A stretch of 64,000 bases of DNA from contig NC_134026.1 in NCBI RefSeq assembly GCF_964204645.1, positions 15,224,150 to 15,288,149 on the forward strand, in the 5' to 3' direction. Source of the DNA: Tubulanus polymorphus (Eukaryota; Animalia; Nemertea). The translations under genes and the position numbers were made by a program. This document shows positions 1 through 13,500 of this stretch, piece by piece (the stretch's first letter is position 1; every line of letters begins with the position of its first letter). Below the pieces are notes generated by a model. That model saw nothing but the letters and a program-made list of their open reading frames with translations, searched no databases and was not told the origin of the DNA.

Positions 1-1553
1 CTGTTAACTATTATTAATGCTGTCTGATGTAACTTTTATTCAGCTCCTTGCATATGTATTTATGATAATTTTCTTTACCCCTAGGTATAATATAAAAGAC
101 AAAAAAGACCTGTTCATAGGGGATGAGGCTCGGAAATTGGTGGACACAGTCACTGACGAAACCAAGAAGAAATTCTATCAGGATGTTGTGAAGTTTTATT
201 CAGCTGCCTGCACCTACCTGAAGGAGAAGGTGAATCCAAAAGACCAGCCTCTTTGGAGTCATGCTGAGGTAATATTCATTGAATTTGAGAACTCAAAAGG
301 GTATTTATTCTTCCGTAATTGTATTGTTTCATAGACTAATCAACTTTTGTGTAACGATTGATAATCAAATTTTTGTAGGTAGCTGATCCACTGATGCGTA
401 AGGTTAGATCGTTCCAGTCAGTGATATACTTCATGGACAGATTCCCTGTAATTCTCGGAGATAGCATTGATGATTTTCCATCTGGTTTCCATCATCCACC
501 AGCAAGGGTCGATGAAAAATCAAAAAGTGACTGTTGAAACACAATGGAAAATCATACATAAGATGTTGGATGATGCTGGGTCGATACGTTTCAGACTGCT
601 GCCAAGGGTGATGTGTCATATATTGCTTGTACCAGTCAGAAATGCTGGCTGCGAAAGAATTTTTAGTTTCGTAAGGAAGAACCATACGGATTCAAGAGCA
701 GCTTTGGGTCAGAAGACCTTGCAGTCACTGATGGTTATGAAAACATCCACACAATGCAAAGACTTTCGACCATCCTCAGATTTGCTTAAGAAAGTGAAAA
801 GTGCGACATATAATGCTTCGAATAATATTGATACAAACTAGATAATCTGAATGGTGACTCATGTCTATAATGACTGACTCTAGTCTCTGAAAAAAATGTG
901 AAAATCTCAAATTAGTAGAGTTATCAGTATTCTGGAGTTGAATCTAAATTAGATTTCAATAATAATAGTTGATTTGAATATTTTTTTATTTTAGCAAGAT
1001 GAAAACAGTTAAGAGTTGAAATTTGACCCATGACTGTAGTTGTATTTAAGTTAGGCAATATATGTACAGTATGCCAGGACAGTATTTCCATTTTAAGGGT
1101 TTATATTGCAATCTGTCTCATGACAGCTGTATAGTGTTATGTAATTCGTTTGACAATTTATGCCAGTTTTATGTTCTTATTTTTTAGTCTATTTCAATTT
1201 TTGATAAACACTTGATTTTTATCTTTCATAAAATAATAAAGAAAAAATATATTCTGTAGAATTTGCTGTTTTTTTATTTTGCTAATAGATAATTCCATCT
1301 TTCATAAAATAATAAAGAAAAAATACATTCTGCAGAACTTGCTTATTTTTTATTTTGCTGCTAGATAATTCCATATTTTCATATCCAGCTTTCATATATT
1401 ACACGTGAAGGTATTCCTAAATGAAAGCAAAGTATTCCTACTGGGAAAAGTCACAATTTCTTCGGTTTCGATATATTCCTATTGAAACCTTCAATATTCC
1501 TAATTAATCTGCCATTCATCCCTAAATGGAATTTTGAAAGGTTGGCAGCCCTG
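1..1553 (+). mobile_element. 3' part of an intron-containing hAT-type DNA transposon; degenerate transposase C-terminus at ~85-841; 5' end lies outside the window
   Basis: ORF 467-841 resembles the hAT C-terminal dimerisation region (QW...LLVPVRNAGCERIFSFVRKNHTDSRAAL). A GT-AG intron at 269-378 joins SHAE|VADP. Ends in TIR GGTTGGCAGCCCTG (1540-1553). The 3' ~430 bp match the 3' end of the MITE at 46921-48125. Confidence 0.8.
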
Positions 1554-2290
1554 CTGGTGAGGATGTAATTATTTCACACATCCGCCATAGGTATTGATTC
1601 ATTTTAATACCCGGTGATTGTTTTGATTGACATTGAAGTGTAAGCGAACATTCACTTACACGAGGCCTCCACCTGTGCGCGCAGAGTGCTACACGACATA
1701 CAAGCTCGTACAGTACACTACTCAAGGTGATGCTGTAACGTGTGTGCGTTTGACATGAAAATAGGCTGAATAATCGTAGCAGAAGATGAGCGCTGTGTTT
1801 TTCTGTTTGATAGAATTTGTAATAAATTGTAATTTCGTGTGAGCTGAAAATATTAAGCAGCAAACTAAAAGTATAGGTTGAGGTCTGAATATTGTAGTCG
1901 TAAATTCCAGGTTTTAAAACGATCTAATAACCGATTTCTTCTGTACCGGTATTTTAACTGCCGCGGCCAACATTGGAAGAGGTTTCCATGACCCAATATT
2001 CAGCCACCCTCTGATATGTGACATCATATGAATTATAAGCCATCCCATAGTAATGGTCTGTTTGCCGTAACCTGACCGACCCGACTTCAAAGGTACCGAG
2101 TGAAAACTTTTTCTGGGATTCATTATATTACGTATTATATATGTTTGAATTCAAGTGTGCATCGTGTGAAAACATGCCTTGTCAATGTGGCCTAATTTAA
2201 GTTTTCCAGGAAACTGGCAGTGTTCCGATAAGCTGCCATTCATTCCTATAGTGATTATATCAAAGCTGGTAACGTAAAACCGCGCACGTA

Positions 2291-2760
2291 CCGTATTTTC
2301 TGGCCAATAAGCCGATTTTCTAGCCTCAGATTTTTACCCAAAATATCGTGATCGGCTTATTGGGCGGATACGATCTGACATAAAAAATCACTTCCCGATC
2401 TATGCCACTCCAATGCTCTCAATGATCGTCAAAATCAAGAAAAGTGGTCGATATTTATTTGAGGTCATTATTTACTACCAATTATAATCTATTTTGAACT
2501 ATTTTATTTTTACTTTGATTGTTCCATCACCGCACAGCGGCAATGGTATACAACGCGCGAGTTCATCGTACTACCACGTGTCAGTTCATACATTAGTATA
2601 TATGCAAATCAGCAGTGAGCCGCGTACTGCGTGTATGGCTGTGTGTATAGTAATCAGCTGAGTGAGTCTATATATAGCACAGTCACTCGGCGATGATAGT
2701 ATACACAGCACTCTCACACATCGGCGGGCGCTTCTGTCAGCCTCTTAAATCGTCAATTAA
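2291..2760 (+). mobile_element. Tc1/mariner-pogo-like MITE, left part, interrupted at TTAA by a piggyBac
   Basis: TA followed by TIR CCGTATTTTCTGGCCAATAAGCCGA, which matches the inverted TIR at 6429-6453 at 23/25 positions (also followed by TA). 2356-2760 is directly repeated at 5913-6323. Confidence 0.65.
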
Positions 2761-4613
2761 CACTTTCACTGCTGCATTGCATAGCATTGTTGCCTAGCTA
2801 TGCTGGGCCCGTTTCGGGAAAAATAGGAAATTATTATATTCTGAGAATAAATGAATATAGAAGCATATTAGCCTACCTTTACTTGTTTTATTCACTTATC
2901 TCCAATATTGAGCTTTTGTGTGATACATTCTGAAGCAGTTTGGGTTTGCAATGTGTAGTGGTACCCCACATTCTTTGCACATGTAACAAGTGTCTTTACG
3001 GATTCCTTTTTTCGCACAAACCCGACAGCGTCTTTGAGCATTTGTTTTCTTGTCAGTAGCTGGTATTGTGACAATTGTATGTCTTCTCATGGCAGGGCTA
3101 ATTCTAGTAGGTGGGTCACTTGTACACCTAGGCACTGGAGGGCGCACAGCAGGAGCAGGATCATCTGCATCGGAATCAGCATCGTCATTCAGCGTATTTC
3201 CATGTACAACCATTGCTTTGATCACCGAGGTCAAAAAGTCCAACAGCTCCTCAGAGGCCTTGCGATACTTCTTGAACAGAATATGAGCATTTAGGAGTCC
3301 AAGATGAATCAAGTAATAAACCAATTTTTTGGGCCACTTCACGGTTTTTCGAGTGCACGGGTAATATTTGCCCATTTGATCAAGATGATCGACACCGGAC
3401 ATATATCTATTGTAATCCAAAATGCATTTTGGTTTTTGCACCTGATGTCCACCAGCATTCACATGATCTGCCTTTGAAGCATCATGTAGAGTAGTAATCA
3501 TCTTCACAACCCTTTTATCTTTCCACATAAGAAACAGAATTTGTCCTTTGCGGCGAAATGCGACATCACCAACGCCAAGTTGATTTTCCTGATCTCTCAA
3601 TGATTTTGGCATTCCCCTATTTACTCTGACAGTTCCACAGGTGTGGGTTTTCTTGGAAAACAGGTGGGTGGATACAGTGAGACTATTATGAAAATTATCC
3701 ATATACACCTTATAGTTTTTTTGATACAAAGATGTCAGTAAATCATCACAGATTTGTACATTGGACCGACCGAGACCACAGTATAAGCTATAGCCGTACA
3801 CATATCCACTTTCAGATTCACAGAGAATATAACCCTTCATCCCGTATTTGATGGGTTTCTTGGGATTATAAACACGAAACAGCAAGCGGCCGCGCCACTT
3901 GAGCATGCCTTCATCCAGTGCGAGATGCTCAGTTGGTACATATATTGACATGAACTTCTGTATGAAAAAATCATAGACTGGCCGCACTTTATATAATCGG
4001 TCATTATCATTTGCTGGCCTAGCATCATTATCATGAAAATGAAGAAACTTGCATATCAACAAAAATCTGTCTCTAGACATCACTGTTCCAAAGAAAGGTG
4101 TAGCAAACATGACATCGGTTGACCAGTACATATTTAGTGTTGGCTTTTTGATAATGCCGGTAAGAAAAAGCAGTGCGAGAAAGTGCACATCTCTTTCTCG
4201 GTGACATCTTTCCAGCTGTGTACTCTAGATTTATCTTTCAGCTCAGTGTCCCTAATGTACTGTTCAGCGTACAAATTAGTTTCACGCACAAGAATGTCAA
4301 TAAGTTCATCGGTAAAAAAAAGTCGAAAATAATCGAAAGGAGTCGCATCGACACCTATCTGAACCTGCATACCTGGCGTACCGGTAAATGGGTCAACATT
4401 TGGTTGTGTATCAACATCACTCCATCCTACATCTGAAGGATGCATGCCTCCAGGGGCATTTACAACATTAGCAGCACCTCTGCCCCTACCTCTCCCGCGT
4501 CCACGGCCCCGTGCACGGCCGCGAGGACCTCCACGTCCACGATTATTTTGTACAGCGACTGGGGCAGGTGGTTGAAAATTATCGTCATTATTTTTTTTTA
4601 TATTGTGAAACAT
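2761..4613 (-). mobile_element. piggyBac transposon, 5'-truncated
   Basis: Terminus CACTTTCACTGC begins immediately after TTAA (2757-2760). Contains the transposase listed next. No matching second end was found. Confidence 0.8.
2896..4613 (-). pseudogene. piggyBac (PGBD4-like) transposase with one frameshift near 4185
   Basis: Catalytic motifs LALDEGM, YMDNFH and YNRYMSGVDHLDQ; C-terminal Cys-rich domain CRVC..CKEC..H..C. The N-terminal part (PFDYFRLFFTDELIDILVRETNLYA..W) is in ORF 4134-4613; a 1-bp deletion in a T run links the two frames. Confidence 0.9.
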
Positions 4614-4965
4614 TTTTTTTTGAAAATATAAAATAATTTCGCTGCCACATCTACCTGTACCCTACAAACTTTTTGACGTGGACCGTAACCAAATGTATAT
4701 CTTTGGTCTTATTTGACTACAAATGGTCAGATAAAATACAATAATATAGCTGCAAAGCAGCGATATTGGGTTTTCTGGATGCATGTGATCGAAAGGAAAA
4801 ATTAATTACCGGGTATTCGATGGAAAAAATAAAATGAGATGATTTGGATATTATCGGAGCAATCCTCTTTTTGGTTGAATGGTCTAACCCCAGTATAGTC
4901 CCCCGTGATTTGGAAATTCTCGGAGCCCTCCTTTATTTACTTACTAAATGACGTCACAAACTGTT

Positions 4966-5104
4966 CAATTCAATTCAATATTTATTTCACGGAAAAGCAG
5001 AACAATCAAATAAGAAAGCTAAACAAATTTTCAAAAAAATTCACAAATGTTATAGCGCGCTTTCCCATGTGGGCCTTGCAAAGCCTTAAAGGCCGCTAAC
5101 GCAG
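4966..5104 (-). repeat. 3' tail fragment of a non-LTR retroelement with an (ATTGA)n tail
   Basis: Inverted copy of 32684-32852, which has AATAAA followed by TTGAA repeats. Confidence 0.55.
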
Positions 5105-5671
5105 GCACCCAATCGGCGGAAAATATATAATAAATATTCCCTCCTTTATTTACTTACTAAATGACGTCACAAACTGTTATTTCGCTGGTGCTTGTTGTCT
5201 AACAATTCAATTCTTTATTTACAGTAACCTAATAAGTAATTTTAAGTTTCATATAGGATGGAAAGTACATTCAGACAATTTGTTGGTTCAGAGAGACCGT
5301 TATTACAGTTTCAATTTATACATTTCGTTTCGAAGCTGTCAGTTGCCGAATCTGAATGAAGATGAATTTTATTTGACGAAATCGGTGGAAAATATATAAT
5401 AATAATAATAATCAACAGAATTTCAAGAGGGTTTTCGACGAAAGTCAGAAAAAACCCTAATAAACTTGTGGAACTTTGAAGTCACGAATTAAAAAGATTT
5501 TTCAAGCAATGCCCTTACTCCAAACAACCTCTAGCTTTCAAGGTAAACCACACTTTGCCCATGGGCAATTTATTTGAAATTTTCGTCTGAGCAGACAGCT
5601 TTATAAGCCAGACTTTTCATTTGTGTTTTTTCATCGTAAATGAAACTGGTATTTCATTAATTCCTAATGAC

Positions 5672-6947
5672 TAAAGCCGGGCGTAGGTCGGCCTTGCGAC
5701 AGCTTGCGACTCACGCGATGATTGCAAGCCTGTAAATAATTTTTTGCCAGTGCCTGCCACATGTCAGGCACCAACTATAATGCTGCCTGACATTAATGAG
5801 TTGGTGCCTGCTATTTACATGGCAGGCACCAACTGTATGGTGCCTGACATAAATGATTTTGGTGCCTGCCATTTAGCAAAGTACTACTGTTTTATAGAGA
5901 ATTTCCTAATTCCTTATTGGGCGGATACGATCTGACATAAAAAATCACTCCCTGATCTATGCCACTCTAATGCTCTCTATGATCGTCAAAATCAAGAAAA
6001 GTGGTCGATATTTATTTGAGGTCATTATTTACTACCAATTATAGTCTATTTTGAACTATTTTATTTTTACTTTGATTGTTCCATCGCCGCACAGCGGCAA
6101 TGGTATACATTTATATAACGCGCGCGAGTTCATCGTACTACCACGTGTCAGTTCATACATTAGTATGCAAATCAGCAGTGAGCCGCGTACTGCGTGTATG
6201 GCTGTGTGTATAGTAGTCAGCTGAGTGAGTCTATATATAGCACAGTCGCTCGGTGATGATAGTATACACAGCACTCTCACACATCGGCGGGCGCTATTGT
6301 CAGCCTCTTAAATCATCAATTAAGACGAACTAATTGACAAATCAGTGAATTAAAATCTCTGATGAAGGGCCTCGGCTTATCGGGCAAAGCTTTATGAAAT
6401 CCATGTATTTTAGGCTTAAAAACTGCCCTCGGCTTATTGGCTGGAAAATACGGTAGCGCGATTTCACCGCAATAAGCAACGGAATTGATCAGAAGACAAC
6501 TGGCGCGATTTATCGCAATAAACATCGGAATTAATTGATCGGTGATAGGAAACGGCGCTATTTATTTTCATATCGGTTCAAAAAAGCTAAAACTATTAGA
6601 ACCATGAAAATTTTGTGCCGGTCAGCGTGACAGGCAGGAGCGATTTTGCAACGGACATCGTAGCGTTTTGAGCCGGCCAATGTCCGTGACCGGCCGCTTA
6701 TTTACAGCCTTGGATTGTGTCGCAACGACTCATCGACCTACGCTCCCTTGCAACGGGTTGCGACTGTCAGCAACGTCAGTCTCAAGGAGTCGCAAGTGTT
6801 CTACTTTCTGCGACGCGACACGACTGTCACAACCAACCTACGCGCTCCTGCGACTGGCAGAATCTAGTCGTATCACAACCGACTTGCACCAAAATTTGTG
6901 AAGCTACGTGAGGATCGCGTCGCAAGGCTGACCTACGTCTGGCTTTA
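5672..6947. mobile_element. Non-autonomous DNA element, PIF/Harbinger-like ends
   Basis: Imperfect inverted ends TAAAGCCGGGCGTAGGTCGGCCTTGCGAC / GTCGCAAGGCTGACCTACGTCTGGCTTTA. TSD is ambiguous (TA or TWA). Confidence 0.6.
5913..6453 (+). mobile_element. Second, 5'-truncated copy of the mariner/pogo-like MITE, with right TIR
   Basis: Direct repeat of 2356-2760 with the TTAA site empty; ends TCGGCTTATTGGCTGGAAAATACGG followed by TA. Confidence 0.65.
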
Positions 6948-7824
6948 AGGTTCTGCGGAGCCCAATAAATATCTTTTTTTTTCGTTCAAAAGACTTTTCG
7001 AAAATTCTTTCGTCAGAACAAATTTTTTTTTGTTCGAACCAATAATATTCGGTTCGATTGAACCGATTTGAAAAATCGTTAGAACAAAGTTGAACAAACT
7101 TTTTTTGTCCAAACGAAAGGTCTTTCGTTGGAACAATCTTTTAAACGAACAGAATCGTTTTAATTTGAACAGAGTTTTCTTGTCAGAACATTAAGTTTTT
7201 TCGTTCGAACAAGTATATTGTTGAAAGTTTTTTCTCCGAATCAAAAGGGTTAAGTATTTCGATCAATCGAACAGAATTGTTTTCATTCAAACATTCGTTC
7301 GAAACAAATAGTTTTCTTTCAACCAAATTTTTTTGCCAGGACAAAAAGTTTTTCATTTCAACAATAACATAACTCTTTATTCGAACACATTCTTTTGCCA
7401 GAATGAAGAAAGGTTTTGGTTCAACAAAAACGGTATTGTTCAATCAAACAATCGTTTTCATTCGAACAAAATTTTCTTGTCGGAACATTAAGTTTTTAGT
7501 TCGAACAGATATATTGTTTGATCGAAGCGTTTTTCGTTTGAAAGAGCAAAATGCTGGTGGAACTAAATAGTCTTTTCTTTACGATGAGTAATCTTAATTC
7601 GAACAAAATAATCTTCTCATTCGAACACAAATGTATAATCTGAACCTGGGTTTACTTTTTATCCGATATCCATATTATCCCTTTCAGGTTGAAGCCCATC
7701 TTCCATGTTTCTGACCATGAACAGAACACAGCTTGTTTAGGTCGTTTGGAAATATACTCTGTCGGGTACATTTTAGATTAGGTCGTTTTGGAAATATACT
7801 CTGTCCAGTACATTTTGAATTACT

Positions 7825-8100
7825 CTGTATATCATCTATCAGGAGAGCGAAGAGAAGACGACTGAGGATACTACCTTGCGTGACTCCAGTAGTTAGACCG
7901 ATTTATTCCAAGATGAGACAGTTTTGTTGAATTCGGCCGCCTGTTTTGTTCAGAGAAATATGCTAAGCCATTTAAGCGACCCATCATTGATACCGTTTCT
8001 GAATAGCTTATTTAGTAATCGCTGATGTTGGACCTTATCAAATGCTTTTTTTGAAATCCATAAAGATTAATTGAGGCCTAACAGTCCATTTTCCAGAGTC
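7825..8100 (-). pseudogene. LINE reverse-transcriptase fragment
   Basis: Minus-strand translation gives MDFKK..AFDKV (~8030-8065, frameshifted) and TTGVTQGSILSRLLFALLIDD (~7830-7890). Confidence 0.7.
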
Positions 8101-8309
8101 AAATAACCATCTGGTCCAGTCATCCATGGTTTCAAAGTAGGCCTCATTGACTGTTTGTCAACTACCTTTTATAAAACCATTTTGACAGTTGAACAGGATT
8201 CTAACTTCCTTTCGATTTCCTGCATCAGCTTACACACGATCGTCGACACAATATTCGGACAAGATCAAGAATACGAACGAGGATGTGCAGAAAACCCGTT
8301 ATCGCTGCT

Positions 8310-9235
8310 TCGCAGCTATATTTGGTTTCAAAATTACTTAAAAGGTTGCAAACAGGTAGTCCAGATTAAAGATACTAATTCTACGGCTTTAGATATTGAT
8401 ATTGGAGTACCACAGGGCTCTTTTAGGTCCATTACTTTTTATATTATACATAAACTACTGTAGGCCTACTGCATCTGATATCCTAAAGTTGATTTTATTT
8501 GCTGATGACACGAATGCTTTCTATAGTGATCATCTCATTGACAGCCTAATAGATACGATCAATACTGAACTTTCGAAACTTGTTGTTTGGTTTTGTGCCA
8601 ACAAGTTATCAATTAATATTAGTAAAACTTATTATATTGTATTTAGTAAAACTTTTGTTGGTAATACAAAGATTTATATCGATGATCGTGACATTGAACA
8701 TGTCCACACTACCAATTTTTTGGGGGTTTTAATAGATGAAAAACTGTCATGGGATGATCACATAAAATCTATATGTAAAAAAGTGTCACGTTGTGTTGGC
8801 GTTCTTCATCGTGTCAAACACAAGTTGTATTCCAATTATTTACATACCTTGTATTTATCCTTAATAGAGCCATATCTTCAATATTGTAACATTGGGGAAG
8901 AACGTCTGATTATAAACTGCATCCATTAACAATTCTACAGAAATGTGCTGTCCGTTTGGTCAGCAAATCCCATTATTTAGAACTCGCTGATCCTATACAT
9001 TCTATACAAACCTATGTTAATGTGTAATATGTGAAACATTTTTTGTTTCTTTTCGCCTGTTAATTACTTGTGTGCATGATGTATGAGTGGGGTGTGGATG
9101 CTTCTGGGTGATACGGCTTAGATAGACTGTTTCAGTCTCTCCGTGTAGCCCCATTATCCTGTTACATTTTTCTTCGTTTTTTCATACTTATTATATCGTC
9201 CAATAATGTAACATCGTAATGAAAATAAATCTAAA
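8310..9235 (+). pseudogene. LINE (CR1/L2-group) reverse-transcriptase fragment and 3' UTR
   Basis: WFQNYL..Q.V, IGVPQGS/LGPLLFILYIN, LFADDT, WFCANKLSINISKT, FLGVLIDEKLSWDDHI; frameshifted. Confidence 0.85.
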
Positions 9236-10152
9236 TTTCAATATATTCCAGCTGCGACTAGTCTGAATACCAGTCGTTCTTACTGGTTCCCTACAACGTC
9301 TGACGCTAAAGTATCATATAGAGGTTAACTCCTGTTAATTGCAATGCAACAACTGATTTTAGTGTCAAACCTTTGTACTCAAATAAATGAATTAGTTATC
9401 TTGTTGACTTTGAAAAGGTGTTTTGTAGGCTAATAATATTTTGATGATTTAAATCGCCAACAGGAGAATTTATTGATTATTGAATTGAATTGATTGCCAC
9501 AATTGGGATTTCCAATACGGGCTAAATTAATAAAATGTGAAAATTCAATACGACTCTCTAGAATTACTCTAAATGTTATTTTTTGTTGATAAAACGCGTA
9601 AATTTTGGTCAATTTTACCTTTAGAATTTGAAACAAGAATAGGCCTAATATCTGCATTAGCATCAATGTCAGTCTAAGTTCAGGTCCGAATCCGTAATTT
9701 ACCATATTTATTAGATTTTGGGTCCTGTTCATCCAAGGTCAAACTCAAAAATGGTTTAAGATAACTTACTGAAATTCTATGGATGGGTTATCCTAGGGAC
9801 CGAGGGTAACCGATAAGATTTCAGGTCGTGTTGGTCAAAGGTCAAGGTTACTAGAGCCTTATGTATTTTTCATTTCTGAGCTCTATCTCATAGATGGTTT
9901 AAGATAATTTGGTGACATTTTTTGGATGGGTTATTCTAAAGACCTGTAATCCTAAACTGATTACATTTCAGGTCAGGTCAAGGGTCAAGATCAGTGGAAG
10001 CCGTTTTGTATTTTTCATTTCCTGCCTTCAGAAATAGATCGAAATACACTCGGCGTGTATTTTACACTCAGGCCTTTCACCTGTTGTGGGAGGCAGTTGT
10101 CTTCAGCAACATTCTAGTTAGAATTTCTTTCTTGTTCCAATTTTAGGATAGA

Positions 10153-10272
10153 ATGTCTATGAAACGGAAAAATGCAGGTGCATCAGGACCAGAAGCCAAG
10201 AGGCCAAGAAGTGACGATGAAGAGGCAGATCTCTCTCAGACTCCAGATTTCATCTATCAACCAACAATGGGA
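10153..10272 (+). CDS. SMC6: SMC6 first coding exon (MSMKRKNAGASGPEAKRPRSDDEEADLSQTPDFIYQPTMG)
   Basis: Acceptor TTTTAG ends at 10146; donor GTAAGT at 10273; phase 0 joins the next exon. The KRK...AKRPR motif resembles the N-terminus of vertebrate SMC6. Confidence 0.8.
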
Positions 10273-11156
10273 GTAAGTGAAACTTAGCCCTCGAACTAGC
10301 ACTGTACAGTATTGGGTCGGGACAAAACCTAGTATAGTATGCTCATGAAATTATTACTTAAAGCCGGGCGCACATTAGGCGTTTTTTAGTCGCCAATAAG
10401 AAGATTTTAAAACGTCGGCAATTTTTATGGAATCGCCGTCCGTCGTCAGCGACCACACAGACAATTTTTATCACCGAATCGCTGGCATCCTCACTTGCCA
10501 GGGCTTCATTACCGCCCGCTAAAGCTCACGTCAACACAAACCCTGGCCGCAAACCCTTCATGTGGTCTATTACATTGGCCACTTCTTGGGCGGACAGCGT
10601 CCACCAGTCTTTATTTCATTCCACCAATCAGATGTGCGGTAATTTTGTAGAACAAACCTGCCAGGAAAAAACGATGCATATGTTTGGCTAGATATATAGA
10701 CTGGTGGGCCTTGAGCGGTAACCTGTCGGTCCAAGCAATCTTGGGCTATGTAGACCATTATTCAGGGAAATCCGCGGACAAGGGCCCATTTTTATCATTC
10801 TTGAAATCAGTGCAAATCCGTTGAGAAATGGGGGGGGGTGGTGGACTCTGTGACATTCTCTCTGAATCAGACATCGTTAGCGATAACATAGGCCTACCGA
10901 ACCGAACCGTAAAAGCGTTCTATTTTTATATCGCTAAGATGTACGATCAGATTGTGTGTGTAAAAAGAATCAATAATCTAACGTGAAAACTATTAGCGTG
11001 CGCGTATCACCGCGTCTACCTGTCTGTCTATTGCATTAAGCTTCCCGCGCCATAGTTTTGTTTTGAATGCTGGGGTGCTATTAGCAGTTTGTTCGTCATA
11101 GATCGTTTAGATCATAGACAGGTGCTCTTCTGTAGACCCATCAGGGGGGGTTGATA

Positions 11157-13500
11157 AAGGATTAAAAAATCCGTGGAAATGGAATTGGTTAGAGACCGTT
11201 ATCGAGGATGTTCCCCTCGCTGAATGTATAAGAAAAATCAGCATTGCTGGAAGAGCATTATGCATCTGGTGCAACAGCGAAATAAACTATGGTGCACGGG
11301 GAAAGGTTGCTATTACTGATCACGTAAAAGCAAAAGAACACAAAGATATAGATAAAGACAGAAGAAGTAATTACAAACTACCAGGTATGCCTCCTTTGTT
11401 TTTGAACCAAAAATTTTACCCAAAAACGTCGTAGTAGCCTAAAGTCTCTACAAGGTTGAGCTTTAACTTTCCTTTCCTTTATTAATGGAAGTTGGATCAT
11501 CTGTAGGTAATTTTTTGTCTCTAAATTTCTTTAATTGTACGACGGAAAGACAGAAATGCCCTGTCGCACTTACAAATGTCCAGAGTTACAGCATCGTACA
11601 AAATGAAACATGGCTTGGCCAAGACATTTTCAGATCAGTTAAATGAAGAACTAAATGAGAACTTCTTTTCTCTCCACATCGATGAAGCAACAAGTTTAAG
11701 TCTGAAAAAAGTTCTTTCTATTCTCGCCAGTTTTTATTCACCCGTCGAGAAAAAAATCGTGTTTCGTCATGTCTCTTCACTTGGGGTCATCTCGGCTAAA
11801 TGTGAAAGTATTTTTAACGAGGTCATTGGTGAGTTGGACCGTCGGCAGATATCTTATGATTATTTAATGTCCATTCTTGTTGATTCATGTAATGTCATGC
11901 GTGGCTGCAGATCCGGGTTCGAGACCAGGTTGCGTGATAAGGTCCCTCACCTTCTAAACATCGATGGCGACTCGGCGCACCACGTACACAATTCGTCAAA
12001 ACAGTTTACCAATTGTTTTGATAAAGTGATCGAAAAGCTAATTACAGATCTGTACAATGATTTGAAATGGTCACCTGACTTGCGCGATGATTACCTTCGT
12101 AAAATATGTTCTTTGTTAGGATTTAACTTCACGATGTCCGAAAGATATGTTGTTACCAGGTGGCTGTCTTTGCACGATGCCGCTGTTGATTTAGAACGTA
12201 AGTTAGAAGCCTACACAGTGTTCTACTTCGGTTTTTTAATTCAGGTAATCGCGTTATATATCTAGCCCGTTAATCGACGCTTGGGTATTTCAGAACCTGC
12301 ACGAGATCGCATTAAAGAGATACAGTCAGCTGTAAAAAACAAGAAACTTACTGAGGACGGCAAAGCAAGAAAAAAATCGAATTACCGATCGATTGTTTGT
12401 CGACCGAAAACGGACAGTTATGTACCTGAATTTCCTGATTTCAGTTTTGCCTGTTCTGAAAAAATACGTTCTGAAAGTTCAAAAGCGAGAGCCGTTGATA
12501 CATAAGCTTATTGATGAACAAGTCAGTGTATTCCGGGAATTTCTCTGTTGCTTTATTCGGCCTGACAAGATCCCTGCCGATGATCGAAAATTAGTTAGTG
12601 TCGATATTGATCTTTGTACGATGAAACCGAGTGAAATGTTTGTTGGAGACAAAGCCTCAAAACTTATCAGTGAGAATCCAAAAGATCCACTTGTCAATGA
12701 ATTTTACGACAAAGTCAGAAAGGCCTACATCTCTTGTGCTAAATATTTGGCAAAGAAACTACCGCTTAACAGTAAGACACTGTTACGTATAGCTGCAATT
12801 GATCCAGCATGTCGCGGTCATACCTTGACCTTGAAATATCTAAAGGATTTGCCAAATATAGCAACACATGTTCTGAATTCAGATGAGGTTGATAGCTATC
12901 AACTTGAGGTACACCGTTACACGGCTGACAAGACGCTCCCAGAAGCTATTTCTGATGAGTCAATACCGGTGCCTATAGACGAATGGTGGTCGCACGTGGC
13001 TAAAGCATATCCTAATCTTTCAAAAATGGTATTTGCGCTCCTAAGTTGCTTCACATGCCCACTAGTTGAAAGTTCATTCAGCAAAATGTCGAATATTGTG
13101 GATACTACATCCAACCGGTTGAATATATCAACATGCAGTGCCTTACAGACAGTGAAGTATTCGTTGGCTGGAAAGTCGGCTGTGGATTTTTTCAATAGAA
13201 ATGACATTCGCCGCGATCCCATCCATCCCACGGGTTTGAACATAATGGCTTCAGCTGCACAAGTTTATAAGCAAGAACTCGAAGAAACAAAAGAAAAGCG
13301 GGAATCTCATTTAAAAGCTATCCAAGCATGGAAAACTGAAACAATCTCAAAAACGAAAAGCAAGAGAAACGAATATCGAGATGGCGAAAAGAGCTAGGAT
13401 CGTTTATGCTTCAGCTGCCCAGGCCAAAGCCAAAAGGGCCGATCGAAATGAGATTTTACAGAAATTAGCAGAGAAGCGTCGGCGGTACAGTAGAAATTGA
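11157..13500 (+). pseudogene. hAT-like transposase (zinc-finger exon plus DDE core), disrupted
   Basis: Exon ~11157-11384 encodes KNPWKWNWL...CIWC...HVKAKEH and ends at donor GTATG. Core motifs FSLHIDEAT, LVDSCNVMRG, DGDSAHHVHN, RWLS, DEWW and VESSFSKM lie in ORFs 11576-12265 and 12393-13397, separated by a stop and frameshifts. Confidence 0.85.

Noticed and set aside
1700-1880. Possible SMC6 non-coding first exon or promoter
   Set aside because: Only a weak donor-like site and some CpG-rich sequence; cannot be supported without transcripts.
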